A DNA stretch of 64,000 nucleotides from the sequence record MW021758.1; one strand, given 5' to 3'. Both the position numbers and the translations under genes were made by a program. Positions 37,443-47,194 of this stretch are shown here, one piece after another. The first letter of the stretch is position 1, and each line of letters opens with the position of its first letter. The notes under the pieces were generated by a model. That model saw nothing but the letters and a program-made list of their open reading frames with translations. It had not been told where the DNA came from and searched no databases.

Positions 37443-37946
37443 TTAGAGAGCTGTAAAGCTCTTAGTGAATTCTTCAAGGGGACGACTGTAGGTCGTGCCG
37501 CTCTCGATATCCCGATAAGTCACAGTCTCTTTGTACTCGGGTTTGGTTACCTTCATGTTACTTAAAGTAATAACCTGATAGATCTTACCCGAGTGGTGAC
37601 GATAGAGACTGGCCGACTTAATTCCCGTTTCGATCTCGAAGATGATGATCTCCGGTTGATCGACAGTAGTAATCTTACTCAGATCAACTAACCAACGATC
37701 GTTGACGAAGAGCTCAATCCCTTCATTGTCATCAACGACAACAGGAGGGATCATGGAGAAGGAAAGTAACTTACCCTCCATCTTGACTTCGACATCAGGG
37801 TTGGTCATCTCTACACCACTCGCCCATTTAGCGTAGACAATCGAGACAGTGGATTCAGACACAACTGCATTGTGTTTAATTGGCAGTTGCTTACGTATCT
37901 GATTCATCCCACTGCCCTTACGGTAGGTGATGAGTGTTGTAATCAT
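37443..37946 (-). CDS. Protein with C-terminal DUF1653-like domain
   Basis: YRHHSGKIYQV...VTYR......YSRPLEEF. Confidence 0.65.
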   Translation of the reverse strand: MITTLITYRKGSGMNQIRKQLPIKHNAVVSESTVSIVYAKWASGVEMTNPDVEVKMEGKLLSFSMIPPVVVDDNEGIELFVNDRWLVDLSKITTVDQPEIIIFEIETGIKSASLYRHHSGKIYQVITLSNMKVTKPEYKETVTYRDIESGTTYSRPLEEFTKSFTAL

Positions 37947-38395
37947 TTCAGTAATACCCCAGCGAATTCTAATTCCACCCAGTCAGGCTGACGGAAGAAA
38001 ACATCACGAGTAAAACCGCTCGCAAGGGTATCTGCCTTAAATGAGAACCGTAGGCCCAGGTCGCGATAACCTACCACCTGATCCAGGTGGAACGTAGAGT
38101 GGGAGTCTTCACGGTAGATGAAACCAGGCTTATTATCGCCCAAGTTAACCAGCGTTTCGCCAACTCGCCACTGCGCATCAACAATGCGAACCCGACGGAA
38201 CTTCATTGCTTTGATCTCATCGGCCTGAATATGATCTTTCAGGAAAGCAATCCCGGCGTCTTTAGGAACTACGATGCGAATCGTCGCGTAAGAAGAAGGC
38301 TCCTTGATGATACGGATAAAGTCCTTAATCTCAGCACGAGTAACAGTACCTTCTTCAATCAACATGGATAACAAATAATCGCTAATACCTTTCAT
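37943..38395 (-). CDS. Hypothetical protein
   Basis: 150 aa. Confidence 0.75.
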   Translation of the reverse strand: MKGISDYLLSMLIEEGTVTRAEIKDFIRIIKEPSSYATIRIVVPKDAGIAFLKDHIQADEIKAMKFRRVRIVDAQWRVGETLVNLGDNKPGFIYREDSHSTFHLDQVVGYRDLGLRFSFKADTLASGFTRDVFFRQPDWVELEFAGVLLK

Positions 38396-38460
38396 GACAT
38401 TTCCTTACTTAATTAAATGGGAGTATAAAGGGTAGGGATTTCCCTACCCGCTATGATTAG

Positions 38461-38916
38461 TTATTTCCAGATCATGTCAAAAGTGATGATCTCGTGGAAG
38501 TCCCGGTTGGCTGCCTGCAGGTGGAAGTTGTTCACTGACTTGAGCTTCGCTTTCTTCAAGATAACGCGCGGAACGAACTTGAACGTCTGCTGCGTACCCG
38601 CCAGCGCCTTCAGGAAGGTTTTGTTAGTACAACCTTCCATCGGGGAGATCAGTGCGTAGATACCAGAAGGAGTACGGCGGAAATCGTGCAGATAAGCTAC
38701 CGGGTTCTCTACGGTATCGTAACCGTTGTTTGGCAGCGGGGAATAGGAATACGGTTCTGCCAGCTTAGCAGAGCCTGCGTCCGGGTAAGGTAACCCGAAT
38801 GCACACTGAATATGTTTGGCGTTCAGCAAGACCTGGTTAAAGGCCGTATAGCCGATTTTGTTAACCAGATCGGAAGATGCGATGAAGACACGACGAGCAA
38901 TAGTTTTATCGGACAT
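38461..38916 (-). CDS. Possible degenerate prohead-protease-like domain
   Basis: CAFGLP...NPVAYL...FVPRV...IITFDM follows the same motif order as 28114-28566. Confidence 0.4.
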   Translation of the reverse strand: MSDKTIARRVFIASSDLVNKIGYTAFNQVLLNAKHIQCAFGLPYPDAGSAKLAEPYSYSPLPNNGYDTVENPVAYLHDFRRTPSGIYALISPMEGCTNKTFLKALAGTQQTFKFVPRVILKKAKLKSVNNFHLQAANRDFHEIITFDMIWK

Positions 38917-38926
38917 TTGACTTTCC

Positions 38927-39367
38927 TTAACCTTTAACAGTTTGAATGATTTTACTGACTTTGTTTACCGACTCTACAAAGAGAGCCTGGTTCATTACTA
39001 CAGCCAATGCCGGCCACTCTACATCGATCTCGAGATACTGGAGCATCATCGGTTGATCCATGTATTCGTAGTAGGCAAGCATCAGCTTGTTAACTTCATC
39101 GTTATCCTTAACGACTACCATGCTACCAAAGTCCATCTGACCTTCTTCACGTACGTTGAAGTAAGACAGGTTCTCCAGTAGTTCGAACTGCTTAACCATC
39201 TCTTCCAGAGAGAGGATATCGGTAACGCCTGATGTAATGACATTACCCTCTTTATCGATCACTGGAACAAAACTGATGGTAGACTGTTCCGCATCAGAAG
39301 AAGTTACTTCAACGATCGTTCCCGTTGATTTCTCTCGCAGCAGGTCAAAAGTAATTGGGAGGTACAT
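38927..39367 (-). CDS. Hypothetical acidic protein
   Basis: 146 aa. Confidence 0.75.
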   Translation of the reverse strand: MYLPITFDLLREKSTGTIVEVTSSDAEQSTISFVPVIDKEGNVITSGVTDILSLEEMVKQFELLENLSYFNVREEGQMDFGSMVVVKDNDEVNKLMLAYYEYMDQPMMLQYLEIDVEWPALAVVMNQALFVESVNKVSKIIQTVKG

Positions 39368-39373
39368 GTTTTT

Positions 39374-39763
39374 CTACTCCGTAAGCAGTAAATCTTTTTC
39401 TTTGGTTTTGTCTTCGTCCTCAAAACCATCGATACGCATTAAACGATGTTCGGCAACCATCCCGTTACCAGTAAAACCACCGATTGTGATTTCACCTTTA
39501 GCAAAGATGGTACCGTACTTATCCGTGGTAAGTTTAGCGACCACGATGTCACCAAGAACTACCCAACTTCTAACATCCGGTATGAATGCCCCAGTTGATT
39601 TAATCGACTCCCCAGTACACGTAGTCACTCCTTCCAAAGAATAGAGACTCTCCCCATCAGGAACAAGTCCAACTACTCTTACTACCTTACCGACTTCGTT
39701 ACGACCTTCTTCTTTGGTCTGGGAAATTATAACCGCCATACAACCAGGCTCAATAGGTTTCAT
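39374..39763 (-). CDS. Hypothetical protein (SH3-like N-terminus IEPGCMAVII)
   Basis: 129 aa. Confidence 0.7.
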   Translation of the reverse strand: MKPIEPGCMAVIISQTKEEGRNEVGKVVRVVGLVPDGESLYSLEGVTTCTGESIKSTGAFIPDVRSWVVLGDIVVAKLTTDKYGTIFAKGEITIGGFTGNGMVAEHRLMRIDGFEDEDKTKEKDLLLTE

Positions 39764-39771
39764 AACTCCTC

Positions 39772-40326
39772 CTAATTACAGCAACAATGCTTCTTTATCT
39801 GGGAGTGACTCAGCCAGATCCGATATTCGACGTCATCCATAGAGACACCCGTACCGCGATGTATCGATCCGTCAAAACCTGAACGAATAAGTCTCGAGAT
39901 GATATCAGGATTATCCAGGAACACATACGCAGGTAAAGCCACTTCCAGAAGAGACGGGGTTCTCCCGATACACTCCAGAACGTAGTTACTACTCAACGCG
40001 CCTTCCCTTACGAACTCCTGATAAAGGTAAGTCCCTTTGACATATTCTTCGTGTTCTAAGATCAGCTTATAAACCTCGACCTTACTCATAACACGAAGGA
40101 GTTGTTTGAACTCGATGCCGGAGTAATCCTTATCGACAATGAAAGGGTTATTGATCTCAATCGTCGCCGAGTAGACCGTAGGGCAATTACCCTTCAGGTC
40201 AGCGTTGTTTGGATTGTGGGCGTAATACTCAGCCGTTGCTTTATTACCAGCAAAGGTTATGGATGGATGAACTGATTCAGTGATAGGTGCTTTACGAACT
40301 AAGCCTCGATATACTTGATACTCCAT
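39772..40326 (-). CDS. ADP-ribosyltransferase-like protein (polyvalent-protein ART type)
   Basis: YRG, SITF, AEYYA, VY...I.INNP, GFDG, EY..W...QIK; start moved to ATG 40326, downstream of promoter 40367. Confidence 0.6.
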   Translation of the reverse strand: MEYQVYRGLVRKAPITESVHPSITFAGNKATAEYYAHNPNNADLKGNCPTVYSATIEINNPFIVDKDYSGIEFKQLLRVMSKVEVYKLILEHEEYVKGTYLYQEFVREGALSSNYVLECIGRTPSLLEVALPAYVFLDNPDIISRLIRSGFDGSIHRGTGVSMDDVEYRIWLSHSQIKKHCCCN

Positions 40327-40366
40327 AAAAGTTTCTCCGCTAAATTGGAATTCTATCCTCAATAAA

Positions 40367-40383
40367 GTAATATAGGCTTCAAA
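40367..40383 (-). promoter_or_regulatory. phiKZ-type early promoter
   Basis: Minus strand TTTGAAGCCTATATTAC, downstream of terminator 40411-40429. Confidence 0.8.
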
Positions 40384-40443
40384 AAAGTTTAGATTCAAAC
40401 AAAAAATAAAGGCGGGGAAAATCCCCGCCGATATGAACAACGA

Positions 40444-42102
40444 TTAGTGATTACCGATAAACGAGTAGCTCACTTTCTCGCCGTCTTTAGTAACGACTTC
40501 CGCGGTCAGCTGCGGGAAGTTGATCGGAGTAATACCTGTTACGCCGACTTTATCGGCCAGCGGTGTGCTGGAAGAGAACGCTTCAATAACGCGACGGGAA
40601 CCGTGCAGCTCATGACGCATGTTCTCAGGGAACAAAGCGCTCTGGCTGTTACGGATATCGTACGCACCTTTAAGCAAGAACACTGGGTCCTTCAGTGTAC
40701 CGTACTCCATCTCTGGGTTAGCCCAGGTTTCAGGCGGAACCGTAATCCCAATGACGTCGACACGTGGAGAATCGATACCGGCATACTCAGGATAGATTGA
40801 CTGGCTATACTGGTAACCGGAAACGGTATTACGGCGGTCTTCGCGATCCCACTTCAGGATAGGGGGTGCATCGGCGAATTCGGCTTTCGTGTAGAACAGG
40901 AAGTTAAACACGCCGCGAGGATTGAACTTGAACTGGATAGAAGTAGCGTTAGGTACGACTTTAGACATGAAGTCCAGAATCGAGATACGGCCACCTTCAA
41001 CTGCCGCCTTCTCAGGTTGCGCATCCTTGGTTTTCACCTGGCTGAATACACCCTGGCGACCTTCTTCCTGCTTAGTTTCACCCGGTACCCAGAACAGGTA
41101 CTGGATGTCTTCCAGCTTAGCAGCGGTACGGTGGAACGAACGATCCCAACCGTTCTTAGACACCAGCTCTTGTGCTTCATCGAGCTCACGTACTGTAGGC
41201 TCTTCAGTCGGCCGCTGATAGTTAACACCGTCAGTTTCACGGATATAACGAGTCAGTGCCAGATCCTCACCGCCTTCCACCAGGGCGTCGAACAACATGC
41301 CCAGGGATGTACCGACTACGTTAGTCTGATCTGGAGTCAGGGTATTAGCCCACAGCCAAACCAGTGCATCACGCTTACGGTTGTCTTTAATCGCATGGTA
41401 CAGCTTAGCGTTATCGACGTACTGCTTGATGCGGTTACGATGGCGGTGATTGCGCAGAGCACCGTAGGTAGCCAGCGCTTTTGCATGAGACAGAATATCC
41501 AGAGACCAACGGTTCAGCGCATTGCGCATTACCAATACTTTCTCAGCCGCCGCATTCTCTTCACCTGCGTAGTTAACTTTGACCGGGTTCAGAGGAATAG
41601 AACCCAGGGTACCGTGGAAGTGCAGCCACCGACCATCGTTAGGTACTGCAGTATCGCTACCGCGGCTAAGTGTACGGTAACCATTAACCGGAGAACGCTC
41701 AACTGCACTCTGGAGCTTCAGAAGCAGGTTAGAGACTTCCACTGGCAGTTCGGCCAACTTACCAGTCTCGGTATTAAAAGCGACAGATGAAACTTCTCCG
41801 CCGGCACCGATGGTAACGAGATTGCCGTTAGCTTCCAACCAACGCTTACAGGTCCGGCAGGTCAGCTCTTTGCGATCCTGTTCACCGAAGGAGTCCAGGT
41901 AAATGTCGTACAGAGATTTGCTCGAGTTAGCGTGCGCCACGTTGACGCGGAAGAGTGGGAAGAACGAGCTTTCGCCGAAACGGAGGTTAGGTGCGCTACT
42001 GTTGAGTTTGATGTTTTCTTTTACTACTTCAACCAACAGGTCGAAGTCGAATTGAGATTTACCAGCTTCGTGTTCAGTACCTGCGTTTTGAATCTGTTCC
42101 AT
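40444..42102 (-). CDS. Large conserved phage protein with CxxC and WxHF motifs
   Basis: 552 aa, strong codon bias; YLDSF...CRTCKRW, WLHFH. Confidence 0.85.
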   Translation of the reverse strand: MEQIQNAGTEHEAGKSQFDFDLLVEVVKENIKLNSSAPNLRFGESSFFPLFRVNVAHANSSKSLYDIYLDSFGEQDRKELTCRTCKRWLEANGNLVTIGAGGEVSSVAFNTETGKLAELPVEVSNLLLKLQSAVERSPVNGYRTLSRGSDTAVPNDGRWLHFHGTLGSIPLNPVKVNYAGEENAAAEKVLVMRNALNRWSLDILSHAKALATYGALRNHRHRNRIKQYVDNAKLYHAIKDNRKRDALVWLWANTLTPDQTNVVGTSLGMLFDALVEGGEDLALTRYIRETDGVNYQRPTEEPTVRELDEAQELVSKNGWDRSFHRTAAKLEDIQYLFWVPGETKQEEGRQGVFSQVKTKDAQPEKAAVEGGRISILDFMSKVVPNATSIQFKFNPRGVFNFLFYTKAEFADAPPILKWDREDRRNTVSGYQYSQSIYPEYAGIDSPRVDVIGITVPPETWANPEMEYGTLKDPVFLLKGAYDIRNSQSALFPENMRHELHGSRRVIEAFSSSTPLADKVGVTGITPINFPQLTAEVVTKDGEKVSYSFIGNH

Positions 42103-42120
42103 TTATTATCTACCTTTCGA

Positions 42121-42210
42121 TTAAGAGTTTACGGGTTGGTTGCCGGTGAAGTCAGAGGGGTCTTCCTGCTGAAATGCTCCACGGTCTTCAGGTTCGTCGA
42201 TCAGTAACAT
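42121..42210 (-). CDS. 29-aa acidic micropeptide (MLLIDEPEDRGAFQQEDPSDFTGNQPVNS)
   Basis: Manual translation; start overlaps the end of 42201-42587. Confidence 0.4.
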   Translation of the reverse strand: MLLIDEPEDRGAFQQEDPSDFTGNQPVNS

Positions 42211-42587
42211 ATGCGTATCACGGTCCCCATTGATAAATAGTTGCTACGGTTGACGGTAGCACAGAGTTCACCATCAATAACATCTATGGTCATGTGGGAT
42301 GAACTAATGTAACCTAGTGCGACCAGGTCGCTGAATTTCGTAGAAATACAACTAATGACAACGGTGGCATCTGGGTAGTTATTTCGATCGGAAAGAAACT
42401 TCATCCGTTCCGTTCCAACGGTATCGTCTACCATGAGGAAATGGAAACCGCTTTTCCCCAGGATGAACTCACCGGGTTTATTAGCCGCTTGAAGGATAGC
42501 GCTTTGGTTGGTGTTATATTCCAACAGGACTGCGCTGAGGGCCGGGGTAAGTGACCCAGAATAGACCCGAACGATTTTGTCGCTCAT
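42201..42587 (-). CDS. Hypothetical protein
   Basis: 128 aa. Confidence 0.7.
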   Translation of the reverse strand: MSDKIVRVYSGSLTPALSAVLLEYNTNQSAILQAANKPGEFILGKSGFHFLMVDDTVGTERMKFLSDRNNYPDATVVISCISTKFSDLVALGYISSSHMTIDVIDGELCATVNRSNYLSMGTVIRICY

Positions 42588-43045
42588 TATTCAATCTCGA
42601 AAGTTTGAGAGACGCGAGAAGGCTGACGGATGTCTCGCACCAAGACTACCTCAATTACCCCGTGGCCACGGAGGTACTCAATTGCCACATGTGCAACGAA
42701 TACCATTTTTACAGGGAACCCGTAGTTCATGCGCTCAGGACCTAAATCCTCAGGCATCCTTACACTACCGGAACCGAATACGTGGACAGGCAATTCTGTA
42801 GCCCGAATCTCATGGAAGAGTGTTTCGAAGTCGACGTCGTTGTCGATCCAGACACAACGGAACTGACCATCGACAATGATCGTGTTAGGGTTCTCTCGTG
42901 CCAGAGAGACGAAGTGACCTTTACCCGGATACAGTTTACCAAAACCAAACGCCAAATCGTTCGGGTTAGCAGAGAAGTGCAGGGTAATGTAACGTTTCAC
43001 TTCTTTTTCGTAAGTACGGATGATATCTACTAACGTTGCAAGCAT
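42587..43045 (-). CDS. Hypothetical protein
   Basis: 152 aa, SD GGAG. Confidence 0.75.
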   Translation of the reverse strand: MLATLVDIIRTYEKEVKRYITLHFSANPNDLAFGFGKLYPGKGHFVSLARENPNTIIVDGQFRCVWIDNDVDFETLFHEIRATELPVHVFGSGSVRMPEDLGPERMNYGFPVKMVFVAHVAIEYLRGHGVIEVVLVRDIRQPSRVSQTFEIE

Positions 43046-43103
43046 GGTTATCTCCTAGGGCAGAATAGAACCTTCCTCTATCTGAATAGAGGAAGGCGTT
43101 AAA

Positions 43104-44069
43104 TTAAATTGTTAAAGTGATAACGTAAGCGCTATCGTCACCGTAGTAGTTGCGATTAGACACCGTCATCTTACCCTTAGTTACCAACGGATCTAGCGCT
43201 TCCCAAAGGAAGGTGACGACTGCCCGAGGGTCATGAACACGGTAGATAAATTCATGATCCATTTCGTCCAGCCGGAACGGAATTTCAACCTTATCCTTAG
43301 AACAACGGATTGCCCCTAAAGACAGGCCGGTACTAAGCACCAACTCTTCTAATCTCTCGTCCTTTCTGACAGTAATCATTCCGTCACGGCCAAGAGGGTT
43401 TTCTTTAACCGGCTCTTGGGAACTTACTGTGGTTTCCTGAACTTTCAGTAAGTGCTCTAAGACTGGCGCAAACCGATCAGCGAAATGGCTTTTAGCTAAC
43501 CACGACTTAGCTGCATCGAAGTCGCGCGCGTAGTCGTCGAATCCCTTTAGCGTCAAGTCGACCGAATCCTTGACGTAGCTACGTTCCATCCCAATACAGA
43601 GATGGTCAAAAGAATCAGTAGCGTATGGGTTATTCAAGCTACTTACGTTAAGGGAGAATATCTGCTTAGCATGGGTTGGGTAATAACCGCGCTCAGCCAT
43701 AAGTTGGTCAACTTTGTCCCTAAAGACTTGGTCTATACTCTTAACCTCATGACCGTTATTATTCAGCCATTCCCTTGCACCGTTATAGCCGTGTAAATCA
43801 ACTGGGGTATTCCGGTAGGCAATATTGATCACCCCATTGTGCAGACGGAGAATATTTGCCGACAAAGTACGAGTGAAGAATTCGTCACTCGATGTGATGA
43901 CGTAGAGTAATTTATCTGCGCAATAGTCGATAACCTTATTGGTGTCTTCAACAATAGTTATCATCTTAACAACACTGACGATTTCGTCAGCTGACACCTT
44001 AGATTCAGAAGTAGTGTCTTTTGGAGCTTCTTCGCTCTTAGCGAACCACTTCTTAAAGAAATTAATCAT
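43104..44069 (-). CDS. Hypothetical protein
   Basis: 321 aa. Confidence 0.85.
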   Translation of the reverse strand: MINFFKKWFAKSEEAPKDTTSESKVSADEIVSVVKMITIVEDTNKVIDYCADKLLYVITSSDEFFTRTLSANILRLHNGVINIAYRNTPVDLHGYNGAREWLNNNGHEVKSIDQVFRDKVDQLMAERGYYPTHAKQIFSLNVSSLNNPYATDSFDHLCIGMERSYVKDSVDLTLKGFDDYARDFDAAKSWLAKSHFADRFAPVLEHLLKVQETTVSSQEPVKENPLGRDGMITVRKDERLEELVLSTGLSLGAIRCSKDKVEIPFRLDEMDHEFIYRVHDPRAVVTFLWEALDPLVTKGKMTVSNRNYYGDDSAYVITLTI

Positions 44070-44398
44070 GCCATCTCCGCAAATTTAAGTGGGCGAATTT
44101 TCTTGCCACGGAATACCAGACCGTAATGGGTGTTCTCACGAAGAATGATGAAGTCACCATTTTCCTTGAACTCCTTACCATACTCTTCATTCGGTGCCGT
44201 GGTAAAGAGTAGGTTTTCCGTTGAGTCGTTAGCAACGGGTTTAGTCCTTTCTACCTCACCGCAGTCCAAGCGCATGTCGTCGCAGTAGAAGTACATCTTA
44301 CCGTCGCGTTGCACCAGGGTACCTTTCTTACCTTCGAACAACAGGGCATCGATATATTCGATCGTATCCCGGTCGTAGGTACGGGTTGTTGCCTTCAT
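44066..44398 (-). CDS. Hypothetical protein
   Basis: 110 aa. Confidence 0.75.
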   Translation of the reverse strand: MKATTRTYDRDTIEYIDALLFEGKKGTLVQRDGKMYFYCDDMRLDCGEVERTKPVANDSTENLLFTTAPNEEYGKEFKENGDFIILRENTHYGLVFRGKKIRPLKFAEMA

Positions 44399-44417
44399 TC
44401 TTTTCTCCAGGGATTAT

Positions 44418-44942
44418 TTAAAGCGGACGACGGACACGTGTAAAGATTTTGAATTGACCAACACCTTCAACGGTGCGGATATCTTCCAAAACAAAACCCG
44501 ACTCAGTCAGCGTCTCTTTAGACTTAATAGACATTAGTTCTGCGATGACATCGTTCTTCAGGTAGACATTACCTTCGTACTCATTCTCTAATACGGTCAG
44601 ATAGATCTTATCTACCGAGAGAATGTAACGGTTGTATAAACTAGGGCCTCCACAGATCACCAGCTCGTTGTAGTGGTGTTTCTTAGCAGCTTGAGTAGCG
44701 TCGTACAGGTCAGGTACTACCGTGGCACCAGGGACTTCTGGTTCGCTGCTGGCCATCACCAGATTCAAACGACCAGGTAAAGGTTTACCGATGCCCATGT
44801 AGGTACGGTAGCCCATGAGAATGGCTTTGTGCCGAGTCTTGCGTTTGAACCACTGCATGTCGATAGGTTCGTTCCATGGCAAGGTATCATCCTTACCAAC
44901 CAACATGTTTTTGTCCAGTGCTAAAATCATGCTTACGATCAT
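44418..44942 (-). CDS. folA: Dihydrofolate reductase
   Basis: LPW...DMQWFK, MGYRT, PLPGRLNLV, CGGPSLY, IYLT. Confidence 0.95.
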   Translation of the reverse strand: MIVSMILALDKNMLVGKDDTLPWNEPIDMQWFKRKTRHKAILMGYRTYMGIGKPLPGRLNLVMASSEPEVPGATVVPDLYDATQAAKKHHYNELVICGGPSLYNRYILSVDKIYLTVLENEYEGNVYLKNDVIAELMSIKSKETLTESGFVLEDIRTVEGVGQFKIFTRVRRPL

Positions 44943-44960
44943 TTTTCTTTTCCTTTTTAA

Positions 44961-45440
44961 TTAGCCGATGGTCTCTACAAAGTCACGAGCTGATTTCATT
45001 TCTTCCGGATATTGCTCGATGAATAACTCGGCTTCGAGGATATCCTTCATTGACCAGTTTTGGGATTCCAGGATTGTAATGACGAACGCTTTGATTAACG
45101 GCGATTTATCATTGAGCCTTTCTTCAGTCGCCTCAGAGACTTCGATGATAGTCCGGTTAATGTTGCTGTACGGCGTTTTGTCTACCAGGAAGAAATGGTT
45201 GAGACTTTTATTAGCCTCTACGTAATATTTACTGTTGCTGTAAACTTTCTTAGGGTTACCTAAGGTTTTATTATTTATAGCGCCGCCGATATACAGACTG
45301 GCAATTTCCAGAACTGTATAAAGGGCGATTATTTTAAGGAAGTTGTAGAATGAGTCTCCCTCACTAAAGAAGTTGACGACCAATGCGGAGATCAGGATTA
45401 ATAACCCAGATTTTACAGGATTCAAAAGCTTGCTGTTCAT
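44961..45440 (-). CDS. Membrane-anchored AT-rich protein
   Basis: Two N-terminal TM segments. Confidence 0.75.
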   Translation of the reverse strand: MNSKLLNPVKSGLLILISALVVNFFSEGDSFYNFLKIIALYTVLEIASLYIGGAINNKTLGNPKKVYSNSKYYVEANKSLNHFFLVDKTPYSNINRTIIEVSEATEERLNDKSPLIKAFVITILESQNWSMKDILEAELFIEQYPEEMKSARDFVETIG

Positions 45441-45507
45441 GTTGTCCCTTACTAAACAAAGTGAATAATTCCCAGGGGAGTTATTCCCCTGGGCTATGAC
45501 GTTTTAA

Positions 45508-46188
45508 TCAACCAATGCGATCAGGGAACCCGTGACCGTTGAGTTCCTGCGCTTCCGCCTCATCCTGTTTGAGGATGAAACGACTAACCGCAACCATCAG
45601 GCTCAGTAGCTCTTTAGCGGTAGTTACCTTGGCGATACCCCACGACTCATCGTCGTTGTCTTCATCGAACTGGAACGTATCCATGCCGACGTAGATGGGA
45701 TCTACAAATGTTTCCAGGAACTCGGCCGATTCAGCGGAGAAACTGAAATCGCTTGCAATGATGTTCCGGCGCCAGATATCCATATTGACAATGAACGGAA
45801 TCGATGCTTTCTCGACATCCGTCAGGTCTTCGAACTGAGAATATCCGGAGATGGCGTAGAAGACTTTGATCGCCGTTTTGGTAGCTTCGCGATAGTTCCC
45901 GGCTGCGTTCTCCATCTTGAACAGATAGTCCATGATGAATTTGTAATGGTCACTGGAAACCAGACGACAATACGTTTTGTAGTTGATACCCAGCAGACGC
46001 TCCCAATAATCAGATGAACGATATTGAGAAATTACGCGTTCCGGGCAATGTCCAGTCCAGCGGAATTCAGCTAACTGAGTAGCCAGCTCTGCGACCTTAC
46101 GTGCATGTTCTACGGAATGGTCACCGAAGTAACGTTCGTAGTTTGCAATTTGAAGTTCTGATCGAATCTTCTTCTCTACAGTTTTCAT
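45508..46188 (-). CDS. Hypothetical protein
   Basis: 226 aa. Confidence 0.8.
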   Translation of the reverse strand: MKTVEKKIRSELQIANYERYFGDHSVEHARKVAELATQLAEFRWTGHCPERVISQYRSSDYWERLLGINYKTYCRLVSSDHYKFIMDYLFKMENAAGNYREATKTAIKVFYAISGYSQFEDLTDVEKASIPFIVNMDIWRRNIIASDFSFSAESAEFLETFVDPIYVGMDTFQFDEDNDDESWGIAKVTTAKELLSLMVAVSRFILKQDEAEAQELNGHGFPDRIG

Positions 46189-46472
46189 TAACGTTCATCC
46201 TCAATGGACTGTTTGCCGTTGCTGTGGTTACTGACTTCACTGATACCAATTCCGGATACGCCGATGTACTCTTTACCGGTACGTTGGTCCTTTATCCGGT
46301 AAACACCACGGCGATTACCGTAAGCCAGCTCATCTTTAAAGATGCCGACCTGAACGACAGCGATACCATCCTTGGTAAACTCGGATGCAGGAACTACTGC
46401 CATTGTCTGAGTAGGGTCAGGGTTACAGGCAGTCAAGAATGCTAACGATAACAGAACTAAAATCTTCTTCAC
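46188..46472 (-). CDS. Lipoprotein
   Basis: Lipobox LTAC after MKK plus hydrophobic core. Confidence 0.85.
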   Translation of the reverse strand: MKKILVLLSLAFLTACNPDPTQTMAVVPASEFTKDGIAVVQVGIFKDELAYGNRRGVYRIKDQRTGKEYIGVSGIGISEVSNHSNGKQSIEDER

Positions 46473-46753
46473 TTTATTTCTCCAGAGTTACGAATCACCT
46501 CGATGAACGGAGGTTGGTTATCTGCTGTGCAGAAAGCTGCATAGACACGTTCGTTCTTTTCGCTAGTCCCGGTGAAGATCTCCCCGCTATAACCTCTTGA
46601 GCAGTCCATGGTACGCTGCATCAAGTTAATGCCTTTGTAACCCATCGATTCGATCTCCGATGCGATCTTGGCGTTTGCAGTGAGGTTTTGGTAATAACCA
46701 ACAGCGGTGACAATGATAACCGGAATTGCGATAAAGAGAACTGACCTTGCCAT
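46469..46753 (-). CDS. Membrane-anchored exported protein with two Cys
   Basis: N-terminal TM; C...C. Confidence 0.75.
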   Translation of the reverse strand: MARSVLFIAIPVIIVTAVGYYQNLTANAKIASEIESMGYKGINLMQRTMDCSRGYSGEIFTGTSEKNERVYAAFCTADNQPPFIEVIRNSGEIK

Positions 46754-46782
46754 TTTAAGACCTTTGCCTATTTACGATTAAA

Positions 46783-47178
46783 TCAAGAAATCCAGGAGTA
46801 TGTCAGATAATGAGTATCGAATGGGAAGTCGATGAGCTTAGACTTGATCATGGCGATAAACTCAACTCGCTCGGATTCAAGCAACCATCCGTCGCTATTC
46901 TCAACGTTCTCAAGTAGTAGTGCGACATCTTCCTTAGTCAATAAATAGTAGTCGCATTGGTTGGTAGCATCAAACAATCCCGCCATGGTATTTCTAACGT
47001 CGTGCCACTTGCGGTAATATTGAATCTCTTCTTTCTCCGGGTTATCGGACAAACGAGGGTAATCTATCATGTAACTACAGCCATTTTCACTGAGTGCACC
47101 GAAACGTTCGTGTACTTCCACGACTTTGGGATCAACTGCACTTTTTGGTACTTTGCAAAAATCAATATCTAAACCCAT
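46783..47178 (-). CDS. Conserved phage protein (MGLD...YYRKW type)
   Basis: Start moved to MGLDID (SD GGAGG). Confidence 0.75.
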   Translation of the reverse strand: MGLDIDFCKVPKSAVDPKVVEVHERFGALSENGCSYMIDYPRLSDNPEKEEIQYYRKWHDVRNTMAGLFDATNQCDYYLLTKEDVALLLENVENSDGWLLESERVEFIAMIKSKLIDFPFDTHYLTYSWIS

Positions 47179-47194
47179 GCTATTATCCTCCACC

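Noticed and set aside
39772-40440. ORF-track N-terminal extension MFISAGIFPAFIF (apparent signal/TM)
   Set aside because: It spans a terminator and an early promoter; the real start is 40326. The same applies to track starts at 3547, 62527, 28105, 47259 and 12248
41017-41790. 257-aa plus-strand ORF and nested ORFs
   Set aside because: Antisense to the 552-aa gene; explained by stop-poor reverse frames
45508-46188. HD- or DHH-family enzyme (DHSVEH, MDIWR)
   Set aside because: Only partial motifs, without the full metal-ligand set; left as hypothetical
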